Assembly (NCBI GenBank): GCA_021821305.1 | Contig: JAKACP010000001.1 | Coordinates: 707,526-746,420, forward strand | DNA: 38,895 bases | From: a bacterium | GTDB taxonomy: Bacteria; Patescibacteriota; Minisyncoccia; Moranbacterales; UBA1568 | Reading direction: 5' to 3' | Shown: one piece after another, positions 26,248-34,201 of the stretch | Position numbering within the stretch: the stretch's first letter is position 1 | Layout: each line of letters begins with the position of its first letter | Notes under the pieces: model-generated | The model's database searches: none | The model's input: only the letters and a program-made list of their open reading frames with translations | Told to the model about the DNA's origin: nothing | Translations under genes and position numbers: made by a program

Positions 26248-26275
26248 ATCGTCTCCGTTCGGAATATGCCCTCAT

Positions 26276-26755
26276 TTATACTACCGTTTCTTTGCCGAAA
26301 GCTTTCACGTCCGCGAGGATTTCCTCGGCATGATCGTCGGGATCCACATCCTCGTAGATCTTGGCGATCGTTCCCTCCGGATCGATGAGAAAGGTCGTGC
26401 GGAGCGTTCCCATGTATTCCCGCCCCATGAATTTTTTCTTGATCCACACGCCATATTCCCCGACGACGGTTTTCTCCTCGTCGGAGAGCAGCGTGAACGG
26501 GAGCGAGTACTTCTCCGCGAATTTGGCATGTTTTTTGACCGGGTCGATCGAGACACCGAGGACGACGATGCCCGCGCGTTTCAACCTCGAGAAGCTGTCC
26601 CGGAACGAACACGCTTCCGCCGTACACCCCGGCGTATCGTCCTTGGGATAGAAATAGAGCGCGACCCACTTGCCGAGATAGTCCTTGAGCGCACGCATCT
26701 TCCCATCCTGGTCCGGCAGGCTGAATGCCGGCGCTTTTTGCTTGAGCTTCGGCAT
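26276..26755 (-). CDS. bcp: Thioredoxin-dependent thiol peroxidase (BCP/PrxQ)
   Basis: LYFYPKDDTPGCTAEACSFRD, RTTFLIDPEG. Start MPKLK. Confidence 0.95.
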   Translation of the reverse strand: MPKLKQKAPAFSLPDQDGKMRALKDYLGKWVALYFYPKDDTPGCTAEACSFRDSFSRLKRAGIVVLGVSIDPVKKHAKFAEKYSLPFTLLSDEEKTVVGEYGVWIKKKFMGREYMGTLRTTFLIDPEGTIAKIYEDVDPDDHAEEILADVKAFGKETVV

Positions 26756-26837
26756 AGTATTGTCGTTACGGCTTATCATGACAGTATACGCCATCCTGGC
26801 GCCATAAACAAAACAGCCTGTCAGTTCTGACAGGCCG

Positions 26838-27032
26838 CTAAAGGTCCATGGGCTCATGGAGCAGGTGAAGCGGGACTTCTCGCGCTTTCCGGAGTTCGGC
26901 GATGACTCTGCCGATACCCCGGCACGTGTCGGCGATCTCCTTCTGCCCTTCGGGTGATTTCAGCCATTTCTCGAGCCTTTCCCTCTCTTCCGGAGCGATT
27001 CCGGCCCTTATCGGTTCCTCGGTGGTCGGCAT
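26838..27032 (-). CDS. Small hypothetical protein, 64 aa
   Basis: SD GAGGAGGT, promoter TTGCCA-16-TATAGT, start MPTTEE. Confidence 0.65.
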   Translation of the reverse strand: MPTTEEPIRAGIAPEERERLEKWLKSPEGQKEIADTCRGIGRVIAELRKAREVPLHLLHEPMDL

Positions 27033-27160
27033 GGTCGATACCTCCTCTCGTAATGTACTGCGGTCACTATACAACTTCCACCGAAAATGGCAACTGGAGC
27101 CTCTCTCAAAAAATCAATGAAAAAAGCCCGTCGACGTGTCGTCGAGGGCTTTCTGGCTGC

Positions 27161-27304
27161 TTACTGTCCGGAGGTATCGGTGGGATCTATCCCCGCCGAA
27201 TCGAGACCGAACGCGAAACGGGCCTGCTCGAAGAAATCTCCGAGAATGAGCGACCCGGTATTTCCCGTATCCGAGGGATCATTGTCCTTCGTGTCGTTTT
27301 CCAT
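27161..27304 (-). CDS. Small acidic hypothetical protein, 47 aa
   Basis: Manual translation MENDTKDNDPSDTGNTGSLILGDFFEQARFAFGLDSAGIDPTDTSGQ. Followed by terminator 27120-27152. Alternative start 27316. Confidence 0.5.
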   Translation of the reverse strand: MENDTKDNDPSDTGNTGSLILGDFFEQARFAFGLDSAGIDPTDTSGQ

Positions 27305-27425
27305 AAAACATTCCATCCGTAATTCCTATTCCATTGTAAAAAAACAAAACCCCCTCGCGAGGGTACTTCGATGCCGTGAGTCAGGACGACTCACGGCCAT
27401 ATTCTCGCACGTTTTCCGGCATCTG

Positions 27426-28652
27426 TCAATCCCCGATGAAATCGACGTACTTCCTCCCCCGGAGCGCCTCGGGAAGGTAGTCCTGCTTCGCCTCCTCCTG
27501 GTCCTTGAAATCGGGGGTATATTTGTAGCCTTTGCCGTAGCCGATCTCCTTCATGAGTTTGGTGGGGGCGTTGCGCAGGTGGATCGGGACGGGTTCGTTC
27601 GGGAACTGCCGGACGTCCTCCTTGACGTGGCCGTAGCCGACGTAGAGCGCGTTGGATTTCTTGGATTTGGCGAGGTAGACGACCGCCTGCGCGAGCGCGA
27701 GCTCGCACTCGGGCATGCCGATCATATGGCACGCCTGGTGCGCGGCGACCGCCTGCGGAAGCGCGAAGGAATTGGCAAGCCCCACGTCCTCGGACGCGAA
27801 CCGCACGAGCCGACGCGCCACGTAGAGCGGATCCTCGCCAGCCTCGAGCATACGCCCGAGCCAGTAGAGCGCCGCATCGGCATCGCCGCCGCGCATGGAT
27901 TTGTGGAGCGCGGAGATGATGTCGTAGTGCCATTCGCCGCCCTTGTCGTAGAGGAGGTGCGAGCGGTTCACGATCTTTTCGACGAGTTCGGGCGTGATAT
28001 GTCGGGCGCTCGCCGCGCACGCCTCGAGGATATTGAGGGCGTTGCGCGCGTCGCCGCCCGAGACATCCGCGATGAAGGCGAGCACGCCGTCTTCCACCTC
28101 GATCGCGGCATCCTTCAATCCCCGCTCATCGGAAAGCGCCCGCGACAGGACCTCGACGACCTCGTCGGTCGAAAGTTTCCCCAGCACCAACACGCGCATC
28201 CGCGAGAGGAGCGCGGCGTTGACCTCGAAGCTCGGGTTCTCGGTGGTCGCGCCGATGAGCGTCACGAGACCGTGTTCGACATGCGGCAGGAGCGCGTCCT
28301 GCTGGGCCTTGTTCCACCGGTGGATCTCGTCGATGAAGAGGATGGTCTTCTTGTCTGCCTTGCGGTTCTCCTCGGCCGCGGCGATCACCTTTCGGAGCTC
28401 GGCGACGCCGCTCCCGACCGCGGAAAGCTGGACGAATTCCGACTTCGTCTCCCGAGCGATGAGGAGCGCGAGCGTCGTCTTGCCACAGCCGGGCGGCCCC
28501 CAGAAGAGGAGCGACGGCACGCGATCCGCCGCGATCGCATCGCGCAGGAACGATCCCTCGCCGAGGATCTTTTCCTGCCCGAACACCTCGGAGAGTTTTT
28601 CCGGGCGCATCCGATCCGCGAGCGGGGTGGTATCTTTTTTTCTTGTATTCAT
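27426..28652 (-). CDS. rarA: Replication-associated recombination protein A (MgsA)
   Basis: PLADRMRP, WGPPGCGKTT, FIDEIHRWNKAQQD, GATTENPSF, ISALHKSMRG, ASEDVGLA, VPIHLRNAPT. Confidence 0.96.
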   Translation of the reverse strand: MNTRKKDTTPLADRMRPEKLSEVFGQEKILGEGSFLRDAIAADRVPSLLFWGPPGCGKTTLALLIARETKSEFVQLSAVGSGVAELRKVIAAAEENRKADKKTILFIDEIHRWNKAQQDALLPHVEHGLVTLIGATTENPSFEVNAALLSRMRVLVLGKLSTDEVVEVLSRALSDERGLKDAAIEVEDGVLAFIADVSGGDARNALNILEACAASARHITPELVEKIVNRSHLLYDKGGEWHYDIISALHKSMRGGDADAALYWLGRMLEAGEDPLYVARRLVRFASEDVGLANSFALPQAVAAHQACHMIGMPECELALAQAVVYLAKSKKSNALYVGYGHVKEDVRQFPNEPVPIHLRNAPTKLMKEIGYGKGYKYTPDFKDQEEAKQDYLPEALRGRKYVDFIGD

Positions 28653-28927
28653 AGGATGCTGAACTCAACTTCGTCGGAAACGGGCGGGATCGCCTCGTGC
28701 GTGAGATCATCCACACGGGCCGCTCCCGACCCATGTCCCGCCCATGCGAGGAATGTCTGTACGGAGGATTCCTCTCCCTGCACTTCGATATCCACACTTC
28801 CATCCTGCTCATTGCGCACGAAGCCGGTGAGACCGAGCCGCCGGGCTTCCCGTCGGGCGTTCGCGCGGAAGAACACACCCTGGACCCGACCTTGAATCTT
28901 CATACGGACACGGATAATATCAATCAT
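28649..28927 (-). CDS. acyP: Acylphosphatase
   Basis: GRVQGVFFR, GFVRNEQDGSV, ARVD. Confidence 0.93.
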   Translation of the reverse strand: MIDIIRVRMKIQGRVQGVFFRANARREARRLGLTGFVRNEQDGSVDIEVQGEESSVQTFLAWAGHGSGAARVDDLTHEAIPPVSDEVEFSIL

Positions 28928-29062
28928 AAAGCACAGGACACAGAGTCACAAAATTCCAAACGAAACCCAAAACACAGATCCCAAAAACACAAGGCTTGAA
29001 TTCGTTTGTGCTTCGGACTTCGTCCTTTGTTTGGCTTTTTGTGTTTTGAACTTTTGTGTTTT
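28928..29062. repeat. Heptamer-periodic inverted-repeat element, copy 1
   Basis: A/C-rich arm (AAAGCAC AGGACAC ... AAAATTCCAAAC) and T/G-rich arm (TTGGCTTTTTGTGTTTTGAAC TTTTGTGTTTT). Similar to 31405-31536. Confidence 0.75.
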
Positions 29063-29872
29063 CTAAAGCGTAAGCTTGAGTCCGACCGGACAGTGGTCCG
29101 ATCCCATGACCTCGGGGAGGATGAACGCGTCCGTGACGGCGTCCCGGAGCGCCTCGCTCACGAACACGTAGTCGATACGCCAGCCGACGTTGCGTGCCCG
29201 GGAGTTCGCCCAGTGCGACCACCAGGAATAGTGCCCGTTGCCTTCGTGGAACATCCGGAAGGTATCGACGAACCCGGCTTCGACGATCCGGTCGATCCCC
29301 TCGCGCTCCTCGGCCGTGTAGCCGTGCTTGCCCTCGTTCTCCTTTGGCTTCGCGAGATCGTCGGGACCGTGCGCGACATTGAGATCGCCGCAGAAGATGA
29401 CCGGTTTTTTCTTCTCGAGCTCCTTCATATACGCGAGGAACGCCGGATCCCAATGTTCGTGCCGGAGATCGAGCCGGGAGAGGTCCTCCTTGGAGTTGGG
29501 GGTATAGACCGTGACGACGAAGAATCCGGCGAATTCCGCCGCGATCACCCTCCCCTCGCTCTCGGAATTCCGATCCGCGCCGTCGATGAGGTGGTAGCGC
29601 TTCGCGATATGCTCGGGGAATCCGTTCACGACCGCGATCGGCTTCTCCTTGGTGAAGATGGCCGTCCCCGAGTAGCCTTTCTTCTCCGCCGAGTTCCAGT
29701 ACTCCTCGTAGTCGGGAAGGTCGATCTCCGCCTGTCCGCGCTCGGCCTTGGTTTCCTGAAGACAGATGATATCCGGCTCGTACTGCGCGACGAACGGGGC
29801 GAACACGTCCTTGCGTACCACCGCGCGGATGCCGTTGACGTTCCAGGAAATGAGGGTGAGATCCTTCTTCAT
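29063..29872 (-). CDS. xth: Exodeoxyribonuclease III / AP endonuclease
   Basis: ISWNVNGIRA, CLQETK, GYSGTA, EGRVI, VYTPN, CGDLNVAH, GWRIDY, GSDHCPV. Confidence 0.96.
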   Translation of the reverse strand: MKKDLTLISWNVNGIRAVVRKDVFAPFVAQYEPDIICLQETKAERGQAEIDLPDYEEYWNSAEKKGYSGTAIFTKEKPIAVVNGFPEHIAKRYHLIDGADRNSESEGRVIAAEFAGFFVVTVYTPNSKEDLSRLDLRHEHWDPAFLAYMKELEKKKPVIFCGDLNVAHGPDDLAKPKENEGKHGYTAEEREGIDRIVEAGFVDTFRMFHEGNGHYSWWSHWANSRARNVGWRIDYVFVSEALRDAVTDAFILPEVMGSDHCPVGLKLTL

Positions 29873-29962
29873 AGGTTCATTGTACGATACCACCCGAAGG
29901 AAAGGAAGGCAAAAAGAAAGTCGCTTTTGTTTCCAAAAGCGACTTTAGACGGAAGCCTCCCA

Positions 29963-30115
29963 TCAGGAGAAAGCGTGAACAAGGACGGCCAGGACAGCCA
30001 GGACAGCCACTACGATGGCTATCCACATCATGAGCCCACCCCATCCCATCGGCAAGCGTGGCATATCCCACTCGGGGTCGAAATCTTCAATGGGGAAAAT
30101 CGGTTCGCGTTTCAT
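29963..30115 (-). CDS. Small single-TM membrane protein, 50 aa
   Basis: Manual translation MKREPIFPIEDFDPEWDMPRLPMGWGGLMMWIAIVVAVLAVLAVLVHAFS. SD AAGGAGG, promoter TTGTCA-17-TTTAGT. Confidence 0.7.
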   Translation of the reverse strand: MKREPIFPIEDFDPEWDMPRLPMGWGGLMMWIAIVVAVLAVLAVLVHAFS

Positions 30116-30186
30116 TTCAACCTCCTTGGGGAAAGAAAAGAACTGTTTTCACTAAACCACGTCGTCAAAAAATTGACAACGTAATA

Positions 30187-31398
30187 TTATAGCACAAAAA
30201 AATTACTTTGTAAAGGGTCACTTTTGGCTTCCTTGCCTATCAGATATTCGCGGCCGGACAGCGTCAGTACGAGGTGATCGAGCTCCCGCTGGCGGCGTCG
30301 CTTCTCTTCGATCGGCACGTCGTCTCGCATCCCCTTGGTCGCGGCCGTCCCGGGGCGGGGCGAATACCATGCGATATAGGCCTTGGCGAAACCGACCCGC
30401 CGGGCGAGGTCGAGCGTATCCTGGAAATCCTCCTCCGTCTCCCCCGGAAATCCGACGATGATGTCGGTCGTGAACGAGACATCAGGAATCCGCGCGCGGA
30501 TCCGGTCCACGAGCGCGAAGTATTCGTCGCGGCTGTACCAGCGGTTCATCGCCTTCAAGATCCGGTCGCTTCCCGCCTGCACCGGCAGATGGAGCAGGCG
30601 ATCGACATTGGGATTGCGCGCGATCGTCTCGATGAGCTCGTCCGAGAAATCCCAGGGATTGGACGAGATGAACGATACCCTCCGCACGCCGGGAATCCGG
30701 GCGACCGTCTCGAGGAGATGCGGGAAGAGGGTCGGGACCCGATGACGGTTGAGGTGCTTCACCATGACCGGCTTCACCGTTCGGCCGTCCGGGAGCGCAT
30801 ATTCCTCCCCTTCGCGGATCTTTTCTGCGAGAAGGTCGGCCCCGTAGGAATTCACGTTCTGCCCGAGAAGCATGATCTCGTCGCGACCGTCCGCGACGGC
30901 CGATTCCGCCTCGCGCACGATATCCCCGAACGGGCGGGAGATCTCCTTGCCGCGGGAGAACGGCACGATGCAGAACGCGCAGTAGTTGTTGCAGCCGTTG
31001 GAGATGACGATCGACGCCATCTTCGTACCGCTCCGGAGCGGCGGGTGTTCGAACCCGATATCCTCGAGCGGGAGGAACTCCGCGTCCGGCAGGCGGGCCT
31101 GGATACGCTTGAGCATCTTCCCCGACGGTTCCCGCGCCGCCGCGCCGATGAGGCATCCGGTGACGACGATGCGCGCGTCGCGGTTCCCGTGGAGTCCTTT
31201 GCGGATATTGCGCACGAGGCCGTAGACCTTCTCCTCCGCCCGATCGCGCACGACGCAGGTATTGAGGACGATCACGTCGGCCTCATCCATGTTTTCCGCC
31301 GCGCCGAATCCGCGCGCCTCGTACGAGGCCGCCACCCGCTCGGAGTCCGCCGTATTCTGCTGGCACCCAAACGTTTTGATATAGTATGTTTCCATCAT
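30187..31398 (-). CDS. miaB: MiaB-family radical SAM tRNA methylthiotransferase, apparently lacking TRAM
   Basis: TFGCQQN, LNTCVVR, VTGCL, GCNNYCAFCIVP, LLGQNVNSYG, TTDIIVGFPGET, YSPRPGT. Confidence 0.88.
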   Translation of the reverse strand: MMETYYIKTFGCQQNTADSERVAASYEARGFGAAENMDEADVIVLNTCVVRDRAEEKVYGLVRNIRKGLHGNRDARIVVTGCLIGAAAREPSGKMLKRIQARLPDAEFLPLEDIGFEHPPLRSGTKMASIVISNGCNNYCAFCIVPFSRGKEISRPFGDIVREAESAVADGRDEIMLLGQNVNSYGADLLAEKIREGEEYALPDGRTVKPVMVKHLNRHRVPTLFPHLLETVARIPGVRRVSFISSNPWDFSDELIETIARNPNVDRLLHLPVQAGSDRILKAMNRWYSRDEYFALVDRIRARIPDVSFTTDIIVGFPGETEEDFQDTLDLARRVGFAKAYIAWYSPRPGTAATKGMRDDVPIEEKRRRQRELDHLVLTLSGREYLIGKEAKSDPLQSNFFVL

Positions 31399-31404
31399 AT
31401 TCGA

Positions 31405-31536
31405 TCAAAAAACACAAAGCTCAGAGCACAAAATTCCAAACAAAGCACGAATTTCACAAAGCACAGATCATGCCACGCTTGCTTCCTGTGTTTTGTGTTC
31501 TGTCTGGCTTTTTGTGTTTTGAATGTTTGTGCTTTG
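31405..31536. repeat. Heptamer-periodic inverted-repeat element, copy 2 (overlaps rlmN 3' end)
   Basis: AAAACAC AAAGCTC AGAGCAC AAAATTCCAAAC AAAGCAC ... CTGGCTTTTTGTGTTTTGAATGTTTGTGCTTTG. Confidence 0.75.
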
Positions 31537-32571
31537 CGGCGTATTCGCCGCCAACTGTCCGCAGGCCGCGGCGATATCGTCGCCCATCGTCCGACGCCTG
31601 GTCGCGACGACGCCCGCCGCTTTCAGCCGCGACTGGAACCGTTCTATCGTCTCCTCGGTGCTCTTGGACAACCCTCCTTCGGTGATATTGTACGGGATGA
31701 GGTTGATCCGGACCTTGCCGACGCGGCGGGCGAACCGGATGAGGGCGTCGGCGTGCGCGTCGGTGTCGTTGACGTCCTTGAGCATGATGTATTCGAACGT
31801 GAGGTGCCGCCGTTTCTCCGAGAATTTCCGGAAGTAGGCTTCCGTCCATTCGGCGAGCTTGTCGAGGAATCCCTCGTACGATGTCGGCATGAGCTCCCGC
31901 CTCGTCTTCGGATCGGCGGAATGAAGCGAGACCGCGAGGCGCACCGGCGGCCATTCCGGGTCGTCGAGCGTGCGCGTGAGCATCGGGACGAGGCCGACGG
32001 TCGATACCGTGATGCGCGTGGGACCGATACCCATGCGGTCGATGAAGGTCCGGAGCGCGGCGCGGACCTGTTCGTAGTTCGAGAGCGGTTCACCCATGCC
32101 CATGAAGACGATGTTGGTCACCGCTCCCTCCGTCTCCGGATGCCGTGCGAGGTATCCGTTGAAGAACCGCACCTGGTCGACGATCTCATCGGCCATGAGA
32201 TTGCGGGAGAAGCCCATCTTCCCCGTCGCGCAGAACGTGCACGCCATGGCGCAGCCGACCTGGGTCGATACGCATACGGTGAGCTGTCCGCGGCTGTTGC
32301 GCATGAGCACGGTCTCGATACGGTTCCCGTCCCCCGTCTCGAGGAGCGCTTTCCAGGTGTCCCCTTTCATACTCGGCAACACCGCGATCTCGCGGAAGGC
32401 GTTCCACGGGATTTCCGCGGCGAGCCTCTCACGGAGCGGTTTGGAAAGGGCCGTCGCCTCGTCCCAACCCGCATTGGCGGGCGAAAAAAGCGCCTCGACA
32501 GCCTGTCTGGCGCGAAAGGCGCTCTCGTCCGCGAGGAGCGCGCGTATCCGTTCTTCCCGAGTCTCTATCAT
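31468..32571 (-). CDS. rlmN: 23S rRNA/tRNA m2A methyltransferase RlmN
   Basis: IETVLM, CVSTQVGCAMACTFCATG, NIVFMGMGEP, AVSLH, FEYIML, NLIPYN, GDDIAAACGQL. Confidence 0.96.
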   Translation of the reverse strand: MIETREERIRALLADESAFRARQAVEALFSPANAGWDEATALSKPLRERLAAEIPWNAFREIAVLPSMKGDTWKALLETGDGNRIETVLMRNSRGQLTVCVSTQVGCAMACTFCATGKMGFSRNLMADEIVDQVRFFNGYLARHPETEGAVTNIVFMGMGEPLSNYEQVRAALRTFIDRMGIGPTRITVSTVGLVPMLTRTLDDPEWPPVRLAVSLHSADPKTRRELMPTSYEGFLDKLAEWTEAYFRKFSEKRRHLTFEYIMLKDVNDTDAHADALIRFARRVGKVRINLIPYNITEGGLSKSTEETIERFQSRLKAAGVVATRRRTMGDDIAAACGQLAANTPQSTNIQNTKSQTEHKTQEASVA

Positions 32572-32609
32572 AACCGTATAGGGTACGCGGAAAACCGGGA
32601 CCCGTCAAT

Positions 32610-32939
32610 CTACCGCTCCTTCTTCATGCCGGGAATGGGAACGAAGAAATCGTTTTCGATCTCGAGATCCTCTTCGTGCAGCCGCGATCGCTCGTCAGCT
32701 GTCTCGACGGCCTTTCGGAAATCCGATTCCTGGAAGACGGTTTCCTGGAAGGCCGACTCCGCGTAGCGTCGGCGCTCCTCGTCGGTCCAATCGCCCCGAT
32801 AGACATTGTCATACCAGAAATACATGCCGGCTCCGATCGCGACGAAAAAGAGAGCTGCGAAGAATGCCTGCGCATGCCGGAACCAGAAGAGCGCGAGCGC
32901 CCTTCCCGAGATATGCAATTTTTTCAGCTTGAGTTTCAT
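32610..32939 (-). CDS. Membrane-anchored hypothetical protein at the end of the pil operon
   Basis: Single TM. Tightly coupled downstream of the pilO-like gene. Confidence 0.7.
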   Translation of the reverse strand: MKLKLKKLHISGRALALFWFRHAQAFFAALFFVAIGAGMYFWYDNVYRGDWTDEERRRYAESAFQETVFQESDFRKAVETADERSRLHEEDLEIENDFFVPIPGMKKER

Positions 32940-32942
32940 AAG

Positions 32943-33638
32943 CTATTCCAGATAAACCGCTATCTCGAACGAGGCGTTGACGCGGAGATCCTCCGCTGAC
33001 GAATCCGGCTCCGTGGCGGTTTCCGAGGATGAAGCGGAGAAGAGATCCCCCGCGACATCGGAACGTCGTTCATCCTCGGGCGCCGGGCGGAAATCGACGG
33101 ACAGCACGTCGAGTCGGTACGGCATCGTCTCGACCTTGTGGAGGAAGTTCGCCGCCTCCGCATAGGCGCCGGAAAACCGGATCTTGAGCCGGAGCGACTT
33201 CTCCCACGGAAGGCTCTCCTCGATGGTTTTCGGTTTGGCCGGAACGGAAGCGTCGGCGCCATCCTTGTCCTTGGGTGCTGCGGCCTTGGCCGGCGCCGGA
33301 GCGGGGGCCGCACCTTGAGCGATGGTCACTTCGCCGCCCGTCTTGCCGGCGAGCGTCTCTATCTCCCGTATGAAATCGACGACGCGATTCTCCGACAGCA
33401 TGAGGCGGATCCGGTCCTCGCTCTCACGGATGATCGCGTACTGCGATTCGAATTCCGGGAGACGCGATATCTTCCGCTCGGAATTCTCGGTCTTCGCCAG
33501 GATCTTCTGTATCTCGTCCCCTTCCGCGCGGATCCTCTGGTGCAGGGGCAGGATCACGAGGAACAGCACCGCGAACGCGGCGATGAACACCAACACGGCG
33601 TACGTGAAATGATTTTTCAGGAGAGTCGATATCTTCAT
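32943..33638 (-). CDS. pilO: PilO-like type IV pilus assembly protein
   Basis: TM plus coiled coil, FIREIETLA, IRFSGAYAEAANFLHKVETMPY. Follows pilN. Confidence 0.75.
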   Translation of the reverse strand: MKISTLLKNHFTYAVLVFIAAFAVLFLVILPLHQRIRAEGDEIQKILAKTENSERKISRLPEFESQYAIIRESEDRIRLMLSENRVVDFIREIETLAGKTGGEVTIAQGAAPAPAPAKAAAPKDKDGADASVPAKPKTIEESLPWEKSLRLKIRFSGAYAEAANFLHKVETMPYRLDVLSVDFRPAPEDERRSDVAGDLFSASSSETATEPDSSAEDLRVNASFEIAVYLE

Positions 33639-34201
33639 AGGTTCGTCGCGCTCTTTATGCATTCCGGTTTGACCGAAAAATCTATCTGGAACTCGACATT
33701 CTTCTCGGAGAACAGGTTCGTGACCGGGGCCTTGATGTCGGGAAAGCAGGATTCCTCCTTCAGCCGTTTCTCCATTTCGAGGAAATCTTCGCGCTCTTCG
33801 GCCATCCCGACGACGAAGACCTGATAGTCCTTGGTGGAGAGACTGACGATCGCCACGCCGTCCGGTACGATCCGATCGAGACGGCGCAGAAGTTCGGTCC
33901 AGCCGATATGCTCGCGATCGAAACGGTTGGATTGATCCGAGAGGCGGTTCGCGTCGCGGAACTTCGATTCGTAGGATGCGAGCGCCTTCGCCTCGACCTG
34001 GGTCCGCGCGCGTTCCGCCTCGGCCTCCGCGGCGATCGCATGCTTCTCCCGGACCACGAGGAACACCCCGCCGAGTATGACAAGGTAAAAGACTTCTATG
34101 GAGAGAAGGAGCATGGATTGCCAGAAAAAGAACCTGGCGTAGTATTTCCGGCGGATGACCGCCCGGCCTTCCTCGGGAAGGAGATTAAGCAACACTCTCA
34201 T
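33635..34201 (-). CDS. pilN: PilN-like type IV pilus assembly protein
   Basis: LNLLP N-terminal motif, TM, coiled coil, WTELLRRL..VPDGVAI. Confidence 0.8.
   Translation of the reverse strand: MRVLLNLLPEEGRAVIRRKYYARFFFWQSMLLLSIEVFYLVILGGVFLVVREKHAIAAEAEAERARTQVEAKALASYESKFRDANRLSDQSNRFDREHIGWTELLRRLDRIVPDGVAIVSLSTKDYQVFVVGMAEEREDFLEMEKRLKEESCFPDIKAPVTNLFSEKNVEFQIDFSVKPECIKSATNL

Noticed and set aside
7692-27360. Integron cassette array interpretation of the orphan genes
   Set aside because: The genes have their own promoters and terminators, occur in both orientations and are dispersed. No attC-like RYYYAAC..GTTRRRY structures or intI were recognised.
28928-31536. CRISPR array interpretation of the repeats and the Cas4-like gene
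   Set aside because: No identical repeats separated by unique spacers and no cas1/cas2. The repeats are degenerate heptamers forming inverted arms.
30274-32766. 830-aa + strand ORF, and similar long ORFs 1045..2196, 2175..3710, 12637..14190, 27087..28895, 29006..30184, 35203..36435
   Set aside because: Antisense shadows of well-supported genes (miaB/rlmN, ftsI, rsmH/mraZ, exonuclease, rarA, xth, pilX-like). Such ORFs are expected with high-GC codon bias and show no motifs of their own.
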